Source of the DNA: a virus
Taxonomy: Duplodnaviria; Heunggongvirae; Uroviricota; Caudoviricetes
Length of the DNA: 64,000 nucleotides
Virus record (IMG/VR): IMGVR_UViG_3300040801_002714
Coordinates: 20,436-84,435 of that record
Strand: one strand, 5' to 3'
Each line of letters starts with the position of its first letter. Positions within the stretch are counted from its first letter, which is position 1. The position numbers and the translations under genes are program-made. Shown here one piece after another: positions 19,279 to 29,289 of this stretch. Below the pieces are notes generated by a model. It saw only the letters and a program-made list of their open reading frames with translations, was not told the origin of the DNA and searched no databases.

Positions 19279-20058
19279 TTATACATCAAGTGAGCCTCTA
19301 GTTCGACTAACTATAAACTGCTTTTCTTCGTCAGTCAATTCTGTGGGAACGGTGATATTGCAGCGTATTAGTAAGTCGCCGCAAATGTCATATTCTGGAT
19401 TCGGCATGCCTAGGTTGGACATCTTAACTACCTGCCCGGGCTGTGTGCCTGCAGGAATTTTTACCGAATACTTTTTGCCTGAGATATGGGTTAGGTTAAC
19501 AGTAATTCCTGTCATTGCTTCAAACGCAGTAATGTTTATGTCTACTAGAAGGTCGTCGTTGGAGCGTTTGAATTTGCGATGCTGTTCAACTGTGATTCGA
19601 ATGTTCTTGTTGTGGAGGTGCAGAATGTTTCCTGTTCTTACTCCTCTAGGAACCTGCACATGTTCGTCGCCTAGGTCAATTGTGCATCCGTTGTATGCCT
19701 GTTCGAGCGTGAGCGATATACTGTAAACTCTGGCACGGTGCCTTGCCTGTTGTCTGTGGAACTCGTTAAGTATATCTTCGAACTCAGAAAACGGATTTCC
19801 ACTGAACCCGCCGTGTGCTGATCTCCAGTGGAACTGACCACCGTCGCCGCCTGCACTTTGTTGCAGATCGTACTGCTGTCTCTTTTCTGGATTTCCTACA
19901 ACGTCATAGGCAGCGTTGATTTCTGCCAAACGATCACCTGCATCTTCGTCTTTGTTTCGATCAGGATGATACTTCGCTGCTAGTTTGCGATATGCTTTTT
20001 TGATCTCTTCGGCTGAGGCATCGGGTTTTACGCCTAGCACTTCGTAGTGATCGTTCAT
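19279..20058 (-). CDS. J-domain co-chaperone (DnaJ/CbpA-like)
   Basis: YEVLGV...[15 protein letters not shown] with the HPD motif; no Zn-finger region; start overlaps the infA stop (TAATG). Confidence 0.85.
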   Translation of the reverse strand: MNDHYEVLGVKPDASAEEIKKAYRKLAAKYHPDRNKDEDAGDRLAEINAAYDVVGNPEKRQQYDLQQSAGGDGGQFHWRSAHGGFSGNPFSEFEDILNEFHRQQARHRARVYSISLTLEQAYNGCTIDLGDEHVQVPRGVRTGNILHLHNKNIRITVEQHRKFKRSNDDLLVDINITAFEAMTGITVNLTHISGKKYSVKIPAGTQPGQVVKMSNLGMPNPEYDICGDLLIRCNITVPTELTDEEKQFIVSRTRGSLDV

Positions 20059-20276
20059 TAGTGACGGTAGCTGATTCGTCCGAGGGTGAGATCGTAAGGG
20101 CTAAGTTCCACTGTGACTTTGTCGCCCAACACGATGCGAATGTTGTTCTTGCGAATTCTGCCATTCACAATGCAGTCCAGTTCGCGCTCCGATTCTTCCA
20201 ATCTTACTCGGAACCTTGCGCCAGGAAATACATCAATGACTTCGCCTTGGAATTCGATTACGTCTTGTTTACTCAT
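20058..20276 (-). CDS. infA: translation initiation factor IF-1
   Basis: 72 aa; near-collinear with E. coli IF-1 (FRV.LE ... [25 protein letters not shown]). Confidence 0.9.
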   Translation of the reverse strand: MSKQDVIEFQGEVIDVFPGARFRVRLEESERELDCIVNGRIRKNNIRIVLGDKVTVELSPYDLTLGRISYRH

Positions 20277-21025
20277 ACTGTTCTGTAAACGTACTGTAGA
20301 TCAGTTAAAAGGATTGTGGTTTCTCGGTGGGGGTCAGTTAGTGCAGTGCCTTTGCCTTCCAGTGTAACTACGTTCCATTGAGAACCTAGCATCTTTCTAA
20401 GGCTGTTTGTTTCGACGCTTTCGGCAAACAGTATAGGACTGCCTCCTAGCTGGTTACGGTTGGTTACATCGGTGTAGGAACCAGCATCAACAATCTTGCC
20501 AGCAACCACACAGTTCATAGCAGACATAATAGCGTAAGGCCCTGAATATGTCAAGCCGGATAAGTCCGATCTTTGAAGCGCTTCGGACACTGTATTCAGC
20601 AGTTTGAATTCGCTCTTAGGCATGTACAGTTCTGGGTCAGTTATAAAGTATTGATCCAGAGCAGGGTCAGTAAGTGGCACAGCTTCGTCTGTTAGGTACG
20701 GCTTTACTTTCCAGTCCATCTTACCTGTTAGGTTTTCGATGTCTTTGACTAGATATTTAAATGTCTCTGGAAATATTTCGTTGCGCTCAAGCTCTACAAA
20801 AATCAAGTAACGGCCTAGTTCATCTGGATTAGGACTAACTTCGGTGTCTAGTACATCTACGCTACCACGCTGAACAAACGTGTTGAAATCTCGAGCAGGA
20901 TCATCGTCTTTAGCATAAAAGCCGATTACCACAACTTCTTCTGGCTTTCCTGATTTAGGATCAAATTCATCTAAGGAGATGAGAGGAAAAATTGTGTCCT
21001 TGAGATCACCGTGCCTAAGACTCAT
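20273..21025 (-). CDS. hypothetical protein
   Basis: 250 aa; ATGA overlap with infA, same operon. Confidence 0.55.
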   Translation of the reverse strand: MSLRHGDLKDTIFPLISLDEFDPKSGKPEEVVVIGFYAKDDDPARDFNTFVQRGSVDVLDTEVSPNPDELGRYLIFVELERNEIFPETFKYLVKDIENLTGKMDWKVKPYLTDEAVPLTDPALDQYFITDPELYMPKSEFKLLNTVSEALQRSDLSGLTYSGPYAIMSAMNCVVAGKIVDAGSYTDVTNRNQLGGSPILFAESVETNSLRKMLGSQWNVVTLEGKGTALTDPHRETTILLTDLQYVYRTV

Positions 21026-21570
21026 TAAAATTCTCCTAGATCTTCTTGCTCTTCGTCTGTGTCGTTTAGTGCTGCTTCTGCTTCTCTTCGCTTCATTTGC
21101 TCAGCAGCAATTTTTTCCTGATCTGCACGAATCTCATCTTCTAGGAATTCGTTGTATGCATCCAGTCTGTCCATCACATACTTAGCTGGCATTTGAATGC
21201 GAACTACCCACACAGGAAGTTCTTCGATTTTAGCCTGCTTGGTCTTTGGATCTTTCCAATCCTTAGGGCTCATAATTCTGCGAGGCTGACACAGTGTATC
21301 ACGATCATAGGATACTCTGCATCCGATCTTTTCTAGTCTTAGTGCTCCATCTGGATCTGGCATCAGCTTCTCAGGAAACATCCAATATGTGGTGAACCAG
21401 TATCTTTCAACCTCAGGACCCTTTACTAGCTCGCCGCAAGTCCAGTTACGATAGCTGAATAGTTCGGTAGCATCAAGAGTTCTTTCAAACTCCATTAACA
21501 GATCCATAACGTCATCGCCCCTTGTGATTCGGGCAAGCGTATTTTTGATATCTTCAAGTCCCTGTGGCAT
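21025..21570 (-). CDS. hypothetical protein
   Basis: 181 aa; first gene of the operon ending in clpA; late motif 23 nt upstream. Confidence 0.55.
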   Translation of the reverse strand: MPQGLEDIKNTLARITRGDDVMDLLMEFERTLDATELFSYRNWTCGELVKGPEVERYWFTTYWMFPEKLMPDPDGALRLEKIGCRVSYDRDTLCQPRRIMSPKDWKDPKTKQAKIEELPVWVVRIQMPAKYVMDRLDAYNEFLEDEIRADQEKIAAEQMKRREAEAALNDTDEEQEDLGEF

Positions 21571-21592
21571 GAGTAAATTCCTTTGTTTTTAG

Positions 21593-21600
21593 TATTTATC
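21593..21600 (-). promoter_or_regulatory. late-promoter-like motif GATAAATACTAAAAAC
   Basis: 23 nt upstream of the ATG at 21570; AAAGGAA RBS. Confidence 0.45.
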
Positions 21601-21788
21601 ACACTTGCTAATAATATTTTTAAAATCAGACAGTTTATCTTTTCCAAGGCATCCAACTAAATATATTTGTAATGACACACTACGTTACGACCTTTCAATC
21701 AACCCTTAATATCCCTATACCAAAACGTTGGGGCAGTACAAGCTGCACCTAGTGTTCTGGCGAACTGATTTCCAAGGAGGAAACTAAA

Positions 21789-22508
21789 TTGGGCAAGAGA
21801 AAATTAAACAGTAAGAGAGTAGTTGAGCTTGCAGAAGTAAACGAGCCGATAAAATTTCACAGATCACGCAAAGTTGACATCATACCTAAAAACTTAGCCC
21901 AGGAAGAATATGTAAGTCAGCTGTTTAATCACGAAAAAAGGATTGTATTTGCAGTAGGACCTGCGGGAACAGGTAAAACACTACTGGCTGTTCTACGAGC
22001 AATCAAAGCATACAAAGAAGGAGAAGTTAACCGAATAGTTATCACACGACCTGCAGTATCTGTAGACGAACAACACGGATTTTTGCCAGGTGATCTAAAC
22101 CAAAAGATGGAGCCATGGACTAGGCCAATCATGGATGTATTCGAAGAATACTGGACACCTAGAGAAATCAAAAACATGTTAGAAGAACGAGTAATTGAGA
22201 TTTCCCCATTAGCTTACATGAGAGGACGAACATTCAAGTACAGCTATATTGTCGCAGATGAAATGCAAAACGCAACACCGGATCAAATGAAGATGTTGCT
22301 GACACGCATTGGCGAAGGATCACAAATGAGCGTGACAGGTGACCTTCAGCAGCACGACAGAGGTTTCGATAAAAACGGACTTAAAGACTTTCTCGAGAGA
22401 GTAAATAAAAGTAACGCAAGTGGCATTGCAATCTGCACTTTTGATAGCGAGCACGTTGAGCGCGATGAGATTGTTGCAGAGGTGTTGGGAATTTACGACC
22501 GCACCTAA
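21789..22508 (+). CDS. phoH: PhoH-like ATPase
   Basis: Walker A GPAGTGKT, DExx IVADEMQNA; TTG start with AAGGAGG RBS. Confidence 0.9.
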   Translation: MGKRKLNSKRVVELAEVNEPIKFHRSRKVDIIPKNLAQEEYVSQLFNHEKRIVFAVGPAGTGKTLLAVLRAIKAYKEGEVNRIVITRPAVSVDEQHGFLPGDLNQKMEPWTRPIMDVFEEYWTPREIKNMLEERVIEISPLAYMRGRTFKYSYIVADEMQNATPDQMKMLLTRIGEGSQMSVTGDLQQHDRGFDKNGLKDFLERVNKSNASGIAICTFDSEHVERDEIVAEVLGIYDRT

Positions 22509-22514
22509 AACACC

Positions 22515-22545
22515 AAAGGGGAGCCTAGCTCCCCTTTTCTTTTCC
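22515..22545. terminator. rho-independent terminator
   Basis: GGGGAGC-CTA-GCTCCCC followed by TTTTCTTTTCCC immediately after the phoH stop; convergent genes meet here. Confidence 0.7.
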
Positions 22546-22755
22546 CAGAGTATTCTCTCGATGTTCATACCATTCGTGGTCCCAGATCCAGAAGGTCCAA
22601 TTCATTTCGCTGAATGACCATTTCTCAAGCAAGTGATATTTGCCTGCACAGATCCATCTGATTCGAACACGATATACCCATTCTATTCGCCACAGCGAAA
22701 ATAGTAGCACGAACACCAAAGAAAACAGAAACAAAATTAATGCAGTTTCGGTCAT
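22525..22755 (-). CDS. small membrane protein, hypothetical
   Basis: 76 aa with an N-terminal hydrophobic helix. Confidence 0.4.
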   Translation of the reverse strand: MTETALILFLFSLVFVLLFSLWRIEWVYRVRIRWICAGKYHLLEKWSFSEMNWTFWIWDHEWYEHRENTLGKEKGS

Positions 22756-23063
22756 TACATGCAGTCCTTCAATTCTGGATTTTCACTTCCCTGCATTTTT
22801 CGAAAAGTGAGCTCTTGAGTTCGCGTCTTGATTTTGTAAGAACACCAAGAATGAATTCGGTCAACTCTGCGCTCAAATTCAAAGTCGCCTGTGATTTTTT
22901 GTTTCTGAAGATCGATTAATTCATGGGCAGCATCCATATAGATACGGATGAGCTCTTCCTCTGTGCCAACTACATATTCCCGATTCGGCATAATCGGATT
23001 AGTGATTCGTGTGTAGAGTGATGGTATCTTCGGACGATAGGTTTTTACAATAATCTTACTCAA
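22755..23063 (-). CDS. paralog family A member 1, hypothetical
   Basis: C-terminal ...RIHSWCSYKIKTRTQELTFRKMQG shared with the next three genes. Confidence 0.55.
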   Translation of the reverse strand: MSKIIVKTYRPKIPSLYTRITNPIMPNREYVVGTEEELIRIYMDAAHELIDLQKQKITGDFEFERRVDRIHSWCSYKIKTRTQELTFRKMQGSENPELKDCM

Positions 23064-23416
23064 AACTTACCTGCCAGTTTTGCCACGGTCATGTTCTTTC
23101 TGTGCGTTTCCAAACGATGATCACACCATTGTTCTATGCGTTTAATCCTTCGTCCCAGGAGCTTCCAATCTGGATCAGACAAATTACATGCAGATCTACG
23201 AATTCCCAGGGTTTTGTCAATTACACGACTGATCAATACTTGACGCATCTCACGGTAAATCAGTTCAACTGCTTCGGCGTGATTGTCAGGGTACAAACGA
23301 TCTCCTATACGACAAACACCTCGTTCGTCGTGATCTACGATCCCAGTAAAAGGTTGCAGGTATACTTTAACATCTGGTGCAATAGAATACACCCTAGCAG
23401 AATGTAGCCTAGCCAC
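23060..23416 (-). CDS. paralog family A member 2
   Basis: C-terminal IKRIEQWCDHRLETHRKNMTVAKLAGKF. Confidence 0.55.
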   Translation of the reverse strand: MARLHSARVYSIAPDVKVYLQPFTGIVDHDERGVCRIGDRLYPDNHAEAVELIYREMRQVLISRVIDKTLGIRRSACNLSDPDWKLLGRRIKRIEQWCDHRLETHRKNMTVAKLAGKF

Positions 23417-23741
23417 GAAGTCTAGCCATAGTTAGGCGTTCTCGTTGAACGCGGCGGATATGATTGCAGAGATCAGTGATACGAACGATTCTACGATAAT
23501 ATTCAGATTCAGATAGTACTTTATCTTCTTTCAATTTCTTGGTGTGACCAACAAGGCGAATTCTAAGATTCTCGTAGTGATTGTCGATTTCTTCCGCAGA
23601 GTGTAAGCGAACGATCATTCTCTTGATCATGGCACCCTTGGAGCCACGAAAATTGCCAGTGTTCCACAGTGCTTCTACATACGGTTCTGGGTCTAAATAA
23701 TTATTCATAATTTCTCTTAATTGTGCATAATGCCGATGCAC
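23409..23741 (-). CDS. paralog family A member 3
   Basis: C-terminal IVRITDLCNHIRRVQRERLTMARLRG. Confidence 0.55.
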   Translation of the reverse strand: MHRHYAQLREIMNNYLDPEPYVEALWNTGNFRGSKGAMIKRMIVRLHSAEEIDNHYENLRIRLVGHTKKLKEDKVLSESEYYRRIVRITDLCNHIRRVQRERLTMARLRG

Positions 23742-23743
23742 AA

Positions 23744-24178
23744 TTATTCACCTTTCAGTCGTGCAAACACTAACTCTTCGGTTGCCTTTTTCAAACGATA
23801 ATCGTGCCATTGATTTATTCTTGCCTGTCTTCGCTCGATCTCTTTTTGTATCTTACTGTGTTTGCGCTTTCCTGCCCATATTTCTCTATACCAGCGGATA
23901 GCAAGATGCCGATGAAGATTAGCCAGTAATTGCTCGCGAGCAAAATCCATGGTCTTAACGATATCTTCTTCGTAGCAGTGTTCAAAAGATTGTGTATGAT
24001 AAGGAACTTTCGTACGATGTGGTTCGTTTTGCCAATTCCCACGACGATGCCTTCTTCTGGGACCTAGGTCACTTATGTTGATTACGACGTAAGGGACTTT
24101 ATTCCAGAATACTTTGCCGGTGCCACTGCCTCTTTGGTACACGTTATACATTGGCTGGTAATTATTTCTCGTTGCCAA
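23744..24178 (-). CDS. paralog family A member 4
   Basis: C-terminal [27 protein letters not shown]. Confidence 0.55.
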   Translation of the reverse strand: MATRNNYQPMYNVYQRGSGTGKVFWNKVPYVVINISDLGPRRRHRRGNWQNEPHRTKVPYHTQSFEHCYEEDIVKTMDFAREQLLANLHRHLAIRWYREIWAGKRKHSKIQKEIERRQARINQWHDYRLKKATEELVFARLKGE

Positions 24179-25157
24179 ACGTCTGGTTAACCTGATTGTT
24201 GACTCTTACAAAAGTCGTGCACTTGGGCAAATCTTTCAGATTACGAGCACCAACATATGTACATGCACTTCGTAACCCTCCGAGAATATCTCGCAGAGTA
24301 TTAGCGAGCGGACCACGACTAGGAACAGATACAGTCTTTCCTTCGCTTGCTCTGTATTCAGCAACACCACCTGAATACTTGCCCATTGCAGTGTCGGAGC
24401 TCATGCCATAGAATTCTGTTCCGGTTTCATCGTGGCCAGCAAGCATTCCGCCCAACATTACAAAGTCGGCACCTGCGCCAAACGCTTTTGCAACATCACC
24501 TGGGCAAGTGCATCCACCGTCAGCAATAATATGGCCGCCGAGTCCGTGTGCAGCATCAGCACACTCTATCACAGCAGAAAGTTGTGGATAGCCAACTCCG
24601 GTTTTAACGCGGGTTGTACAAACACTTCCGGGACCAATGCCAACCTTAACAACGTCTGCGCCAGCAAGTATTAGTTCCTGCGTCATATCTGCTGTGACTA
24701 CGTTTCCAGCAATGATAACTTTATCTTCCCATTCGTTGCGAACTCTTCTTACCATGTCGCTAAACACTTCCGAGTAGCCGTTGGCAACGTCTAGGCAAAT
24801 ATATTCGATATCGGAGTTTGCTTCTAAGATGCTGTACAGTTTTGTAATATCATCTTTAAGAATACCACTGGAAATAGCAACATTCGATGAGAACATTGCC
24901 TTCTTCCATTGTTCAGGACTGTAGTGTTTGTGCATACAAGTGAACATTCTGTACTGGCTCATAAGTTTGTGAACCTCGAATGTTCCGACCGTGTCCATGT
25001 TTGCAGTCATAATAGGAACACCGTGGTATTCTACGTCTGCATGTTTGAACTTATAGGTCTTGTGTAGGTCCACATCCTTTCTAGAGCCAAGGGTGCTACG
25101 CTTGGGGCGGATGAGCACATCGGAGTAATCTAGCTTTACCGAATCTTCTATCTGCAT
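24162..25157 (-). CDS. guaC: GMP reductase
   Basis: 331 aa, collinear with E. coli GuaC ([66 protein letters not shown]). Confidence 0.92.
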   Translation of the reverse strand: MQIEDSVKLDYSDVLIRPKRSTLGSRKDVDLHKTYKFKHADVEYHGVPIMTANMDTVGTFEVHKLMSQYRMFTCMHKHYSPEQWKKAMFSSNVAISSGILKDDITKLYSILEANSDIEYICLDVANGYSEVFSDMVRRVRNEWEDKVIIAGNVVTADMTQELILAGADVVKVGIGPGSVCTTRVKTGVGYPQLSAVIECADAAHGLGGHIIADGGCTCPGDVAKAFGAGADFVMLGGMLAGHDETGTEFYGMSSDTAMGKYSGGVAEYRASEGKTVSVPSRGPLANTLRDILGGLRSACTYVGARNLKDLPKCTTFVRVNNQVNQTFGNEK

Positions 25158-25813
25158 TAGTACATAATTCCATAATGTTCAATAATATGATTATACGCAT
25201 CGCGCCAAGGGTGGTCAATGTCGAGCCTTGGGAACAAATCTGTCTGATAGTGGCGGTTATATTCTGTATCAACCAGCAAAGTCTTTAGTCCTACTTCGTG
25301 CCCTGCTTCTGCATTCTTGAAGTGGTCTTCAATCCAAAATAAGCCAGTGCCGCCCCACTGGCTAAGAACGTGCTGTTTACTAGCGCCGATGGGCAAACAG
25401 ATCAATTCTTCAAATACTTCTCCGGGGCCGATGCTTTCCTGAAACACCACTTCGATGTTGTGTGCTCTGTGCTCGTATGCATCCGGATGATCACTCAAGC
25501 TGGTAATCATAGTGAATCGAAAACCTCGCTCGGCCAACTTCTCGACGTACTCAACAGCATCACGATATGGTTCTAGTTCTGCGATAAGTGGACCTTCGTT
25601 AAACTCTCTAACGCAGTCAGTCACTTCGTCGAATGTCATGTCGTACTTCTTTGCAGATACTTCTCTAATGTAACGATACTGGATATTGTACATGTGCTCT
25701 GTGCCGGGCACAGGACGATATCCTTTGGTTTGCATGAATGCATCGAAGCCTTTATTCCAATTAAGTAGAACTCCGTCTACATCGGTCAGTATGTGTCTAT
25801 CTTTGACTGGCAT
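25157..25813 (-). CDS. HAD-superfamily hydrolase, 5'(3')-deoxyribonucleotidase (NT5C)-like
   Basis: HAD motif [10 protein letters not shown] at the N-terminus; 218 aa, common in T4-like phages. Confidence 0.5.
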   Translation of the reverse strand: MPVKDRHILTDVDGVLLNWNKGFDAFMQTKGYRPVPGTEHMYNIQYRYIREVSAKKYDMTFDEVTDCVREFNEGPLIAELEPYRDAVEYVEKLAERGFRFTMITSLSDHPDAYEHRAHNIEVVFQESIGPGEVFEELICLPIGASKQHVLSQWGGTGLFWIEDHFKNAEAGHEVGLKTLLVDTEYNRHYQTDLFPRLDIDHPWRDAYNHIIEHYGIMY

Positions 25814-26033
25814 AATAATCTATAATCTCCTGTTCTTCTTGTTGTTGGCGGAATCGTGCATAGTCTAGGTCCATCCACTCGTCCTCGGTTTTAGTCAATC
25901 CACAGTTAGGACAACTTACCAACAAAATGTTATCTTCGACTTCGTGTATCCATGGAGTCTTGTCTCCGAACCTAGCGTTCTTTACGCACCCTGCACAGCC
26001 ACACGCATATTCTGTTCCGCAGTTAGGACACAT
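25797..26033 (-). CDS. small zinc-ribbon protein
   Basis: CPNCG...CGCAGC...CPNCG. Confidence 0.45.
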   Translation of the reverse strand: MCPNCGTEYACGCAGCVKNARFGDKTPWIHEVEDNILLVSCPNCGLTKTEDEWMDLDYARFRQQQEEQEIIDYYASQR

Positions 26034-26341
26034 TATTCGGACTTGAATTCCTTTTTCAGTTCGCCCATTTGCTGGGGGTAGTTCTTTTCTAGATATTTCA
26101 CAAACTCAGGATAGCTGCCTTCTTCACTGCGATTCTTAACTACTTTTTCATTAAGATAATCTAGTATTACCGAAGCTGTGCTACGATGTCTGTTTTTCAG
26201 ATTGTCCACAAACTCGCATCTTTCTGAAACACCAACTTTGCCTTCGTCGTTAGGCGGCTGTTGAATGTGAGTGATCACGATGTAGATATTTTTAGGATCC
26301 TTTTTTCTTACAGGGTTGTATAGCATTTTACGCCTTTGCAA
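26033..26341 (-). CDS. hypothetical protein
   Basis: 102 aa, downstream of the clamp-loader gene. Confidence 0.45.
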   Translation of the reverse strand: MQRRKMLYNPVRKKDPKNIYIVITHIQQPPNDEGKVGVSERCEFVDNLKNRHRSTASVILDYLNEKVVKNRSEEGSYPEFVKYLEKNYPQQMGELKKEFKSE

Positions 26342-27257
26342 TCATTTCCAGTTCGACCAACGTCGCACTAAGGTTAATTTCAGGATCACCACACGAAGTG
26401 TGCTTCACAAGTCCGTTGCGTATCACAAGGATTGCTTGATCCTCCTTGTCGGAGTCTCCGTTGGCCCAGAAGTCTAAGTTGGTATACAAGAATCTGTAGA
26501 ACTCGTCGTATTCCTCAAGAGTGATCTTGTCGCAGATCATTTGCCTTGCTTCCTTGTACATGCCTTCTTTGAACATGGCAACCATCTGTAGCTTGTAATC
26601 GCTTTCGCTAGAGTCGCCTTGGTTCGGAGGAAGCAGCTTGCCTTCTTGTGTGTTCTGCTGACAGAGATTGATGCACTTGCGCATATCTGGGTATGTTGCA
26701 CTCACATACATATCCAGTGTTTCGAGATCCACTTCTACCTCTTCGGTTACAAGGATAGTGGCAACACGAGCAGTAAACTCTGTGCTGTCTAGCTTTTCGA
26801 TATGGAAGCCCTGACACCTGCTGTGAATTGCAGGAATAATCTTGTGAGGATAGTTGCAGGTTAGAATGAACCTACAGTAATTCGAATAGTTTTCAATTAG
26901 ATTGCGCAAGGCGGCCTGTGCGTTAGCAGATAGATAGTCAGCCTCGTCTAGAAGTACATATCGAAAATCACCAAAGCCCATCGTGGTAACAAACTTGTGT
27001 ATTCTGTCTCGTACATCATCGACACTGTTTGTCATGGACCCGTTCATTTCTAGAACGTCGCCCCAGTCTACGCCAAGTTCTTCTATTAGGACTTTTGCAA
27101 GTGTGGTCTTACCGGATCCTTGCACTCCGGAAAATAGCAAGTGTGGAATAGCGCCTGAGTCTACCCAGCCTTGTACCTGCTTTTTTTGTGCTTCGTCTCT
27201 GAACACATATTCAGAAATAGTTGAAGGACGAAATTTCTCAACCCAAAGCTCACGCAT
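26328..27257 (-). CDS. 44: clamp loader large subunit (gp44/RFC-like AAA+)
   Basis: KFRPST..., Walker A GVQGSGKTT, DEAD box LLDEADYL, sensor HSRC; collinear with T4 gp44. Confidence 0.88.
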   Translation of the reverse strand: MRELWVEKFRPSTISEYVFRDEAQKKQVQGWVDSGAIPHLLFSGVQGSGKTTLAKVLIEELGVDWGDVLEMNGSMTNSVDDVRDRIHKFVTTMGFGDFRYVLLDEADYLSANAQAALRNLIENYSNYCRFILTCNYPHKIIPAIHSRCQGFHIEKLDSTEFTARVATILVTEEVEVDLETLDMYVSATYPDMRKCINLCQQNTQEGKLLPPNQGDSSESDYKLQMVAMFKEGMYKEARQMICDKITLEEYDEFYRFLYTNLDFWANGDSDKEDQAILVIRNGLVKHTSCGDPEINLSATLVELEMIAKA

Positions 27258-27316
27258 AGGAACTTACCCTTGAAGTTATTGTTATGCGCCTATTGTAACA
27301 GAAACAGCAGTGGCTG

Positions 27317-27682
27317 TCAACGCTTGAGTTGGGCTGCGTCGATTCCCTGTACAGTGTGTTCTCCTGCAAAAGTTTCTCCGAATGGTTGATCACTTACTAA
27401 GAGTGCAGCATCTGGCCATTCGATTTTCCAGATCTGTTTAGTTTCGCCAGATGCAGAATCATGCACACCGAACGCACGAGTCCAGCGACCGTGTCGAACT
27501 AGAAGCCACTGTCCGGGTTCAACGCGGTCGACACCTTCGCCCACAGCATATACACGACACCAACGAGGACGAATGCCGTCGCTCTTTCCGTTGTCGTTAA
27601 GTAAGACAATTTTTCCTACAATGCGTTCACCGTTTTGTATGTCGTCTACAAGAACAGTTCCGGGTAATGCTTTAATTTTCAT
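27317..27682 (-). CDS. possible GroES/gp31/CocO-like co-chaperonin
   Basis: 121 aa; loose collinearity with Cpn10 (MKIKALPGTVLV ... VYAVGEG ...); weak. Confidence 0.3.
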   Translation of the reverse strand: MKIKALPGTVLVDDIQNGERIVGKIVLLNDNGKSDGIRPRWCRVYAVGEGVDRVEPGQWLLVRHGRWTRAFGVHDSASGETKQIWKIEWPDAALLVSDQPFGETFAGEHTVQGIDAAQLKR

Positions 27683-28086
27683 TATTGGTCGCCTTCATCT
27701 TCCTCAATGTCTTCCAGGATGATATCGCCTTCTTCGGTGATAGTCTCCTTCTTCTTTTTATTGCTCGTCTTGCGAGTTTTGTTACTAGTTTGTCGAACCT
27801 TCGACTCACTCTTTTCTGATGGAATTTCTCTATCAAATACTTCTTCTTGCGCTTTCGCATCTTGGTCGCCCTTCACACTCATTTTTGTGCTACTAGATGA
27901 AGTTGACTTGTAGTGTTTGCGAGCACGGTTCTGAGTAGTTTCAATTATCTGTCCGCCTGGGCCCAGTTTATCGCCTTTGGCGTTTACGCCCATGTTCCCT
28001 GCTGCCACAGTTTGTTCGTGCTTACGGCGCAGTTCTTCCATGTCTACTCTTTTTCCGCGGTAGCTTTTGTATGTTCTTTTTGCCAT
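27682..28086 (-). CDS. highly charged basic/acidic protein, hypothetical
   Basis: 134 aa; Lys/Arg-rich N-terminal half, acidic C-terminus. Confidence 0.5.
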   Translation of the reverse strand: MAKRTYKSYRGKRVDMEELRRKHEQTVAAGNMGVNAKGDKLGPGGQIIETTQNRARKHYKSTSSSSTKMSVKGDQDAKAQEEVFDREIPSEKSESKVRQTSNKTRKTSNKKKKETITEEGDIILEDIEEDEGDQ

Positions 28087-28096
28087 TGTTGTTATC

Positions 28097-28621
28097 CTAT
28101 TTTAAAAATTCTTCTATCGGCAAATCATATTTAATGCTGTCGATTTTATGAATGCCGATCTTATATAATATGTATGAGGACACACTTGATCCTCTTCCTA
28201 CTCCCCAAACTGTGCCATTCTCTCGAAAATGGTCAACAAGAAAAATCAATGCACGTAGTACGTCAATTAATCCACGCTCTTCGTACATCATGTATTCAAC
28301 ACAGACTCTTTCTCGTTCTGTGTCGTTGCTGCATCGTTCTAGTACAAATTCTAAAACGTCGATAGTCTTGTATTTTTCGTCAATATGCCAGGTGTTGGCG
28401 TTTTCTTCGTGAAACTGTTCAACTGTGCCTGAGTACCCCGGCTTCGATAAACTGCTAGGATGGTGCAGAACTTCTTCAGCAGAAGAATTGTATATATCCC
28501 GCTCTGCATCATCCTCAATGCACACACCTTCTACACTCTTGCCATTCAGCAATAGCTGCACAGCTTGCTCTGTAGTAAGAATGCTTTGGCTGTATTCGTT
28601 TAAACGGTTTTTGGTTTCCAT
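28097..28621 (-). CDS. DnaE (Pol III alpha) palm-fragment-like protein
   Basis: C-terminal LIFLVDHFRENGTVWGVGRGSSVSSYILYKIGIHKIDSIKYDLPIEEFLK matches the Pol III alpha segment ...GPGRGSAAGSLVAY.LGIT..DPL..DLLFERFL that precedes the catalytic PDFD.DF; the ORF stops before the catalytic aspartates. Confidence 0.5.
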   Translation of the reverse strand: METKNRLNEYSQSILTTEQAVQLLLNGKSVEGVCIEDDAERDIYNSSAEEVLHHPSSLSKPGYSGTVEQFHEENANTWHIDEKYKTIDVLEFVLERCSNDTERERVCVEYMMYEERGLIDVLRALIFLVDHFRENGTVWGVGRGSSVSSYILYKIGIHKIDSIKYDLPIEEFLK

Positions 28622-29289
28622 TTTTCCGTTTTGATGATTTCGGTTGCGGCTTCTACAGGAACGGTTGCTTCTTCTAGCTGTTCTTCAAACGATTCGAGCG
28701 GGTCTATTACATCGGCGTAGATGTCGCTCAGTTTGTCTTTGCAGTCTTTTGGTTTTAAGAACTCAAATGCAAAACCGTCTGCTCGGTGCCACCACGGCTT
28801 GCGATGTAGTGATGGCATGTCTACAAATTCCTTCACAGTTTTCGGAATAAAGTATGGGCCGGAGAACACATACGAACAGCTCATATCTGATGCTTCTAGC
28901 TCTACTTCGTCAATGTTGAGATCGTCGCCAGCAATAGCAGACAGTTTAGCATGAAACAATTGCACTAGAATGTCGTCTGTTGGTTCACCCGGACAGTGCA
29001 TCATTGTGTTCGATGAATATGCTGCTAGTGCTGTGCCGGCTTCGTTATCAATGCTAGACACAATCACACAAGGCAAATAACTTTCGAACCAAAAGTAGAT
29101 CTTTTGAAAAGCTCGCGAACTTCTCTCCTGAACTTGTTCTATCGAAACCGAAGGATCGTTTGTTTCGATAATTGCTGCGACCTTTGCACTCAGTTTCCAC
29201 GTAGTAGGTGTGACCATGTCGCCCACGATACGCACACCTGGGAAGCTGAAATTGATCTGCATGAAATTACGGTTGAGATTATTCTTCAT
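28600..29289 (-). CDS. hypothetical protein
   Basis: 229-aa ORF. Confidence 0.5.
   Translation of the reverse strand: MKNNLNRNFMQINFSFPGVRIVGDMVTPTTWKLSAKVAAIIETNDPSVSIEQVQERSSRAFQKIYFWFESYLPCVIVSSIDNEAGTALAAYSSNTMMHCPGEPTDDILVQLFHAKLSAIAGDDLNIDEVELEASDMSCSYVFSGPYFIPKTVKEFVDMPSLHRKPWWHRADGFAFEFLKPKDCKDKLSDIYADVIDPLESFEEQLEEATVPVEAATEIIKTEKWKPKTV

Noticed and set aside
21571-21788. The longest intergenic region (218 nt) examined for tRNA or small RNA genes.
   Set aside because: No T-loop or acceptor-stem pattern; AT-rich with promoter-like elements only. No tRNA-like sequence was seen elsewhere in the window.
27317-27682. GroES/gp31-like co-chaperonin assignment.
   Set aside because: Kept as a low-confidence feature only; similarity is loose and there is no mobile-loop signature.
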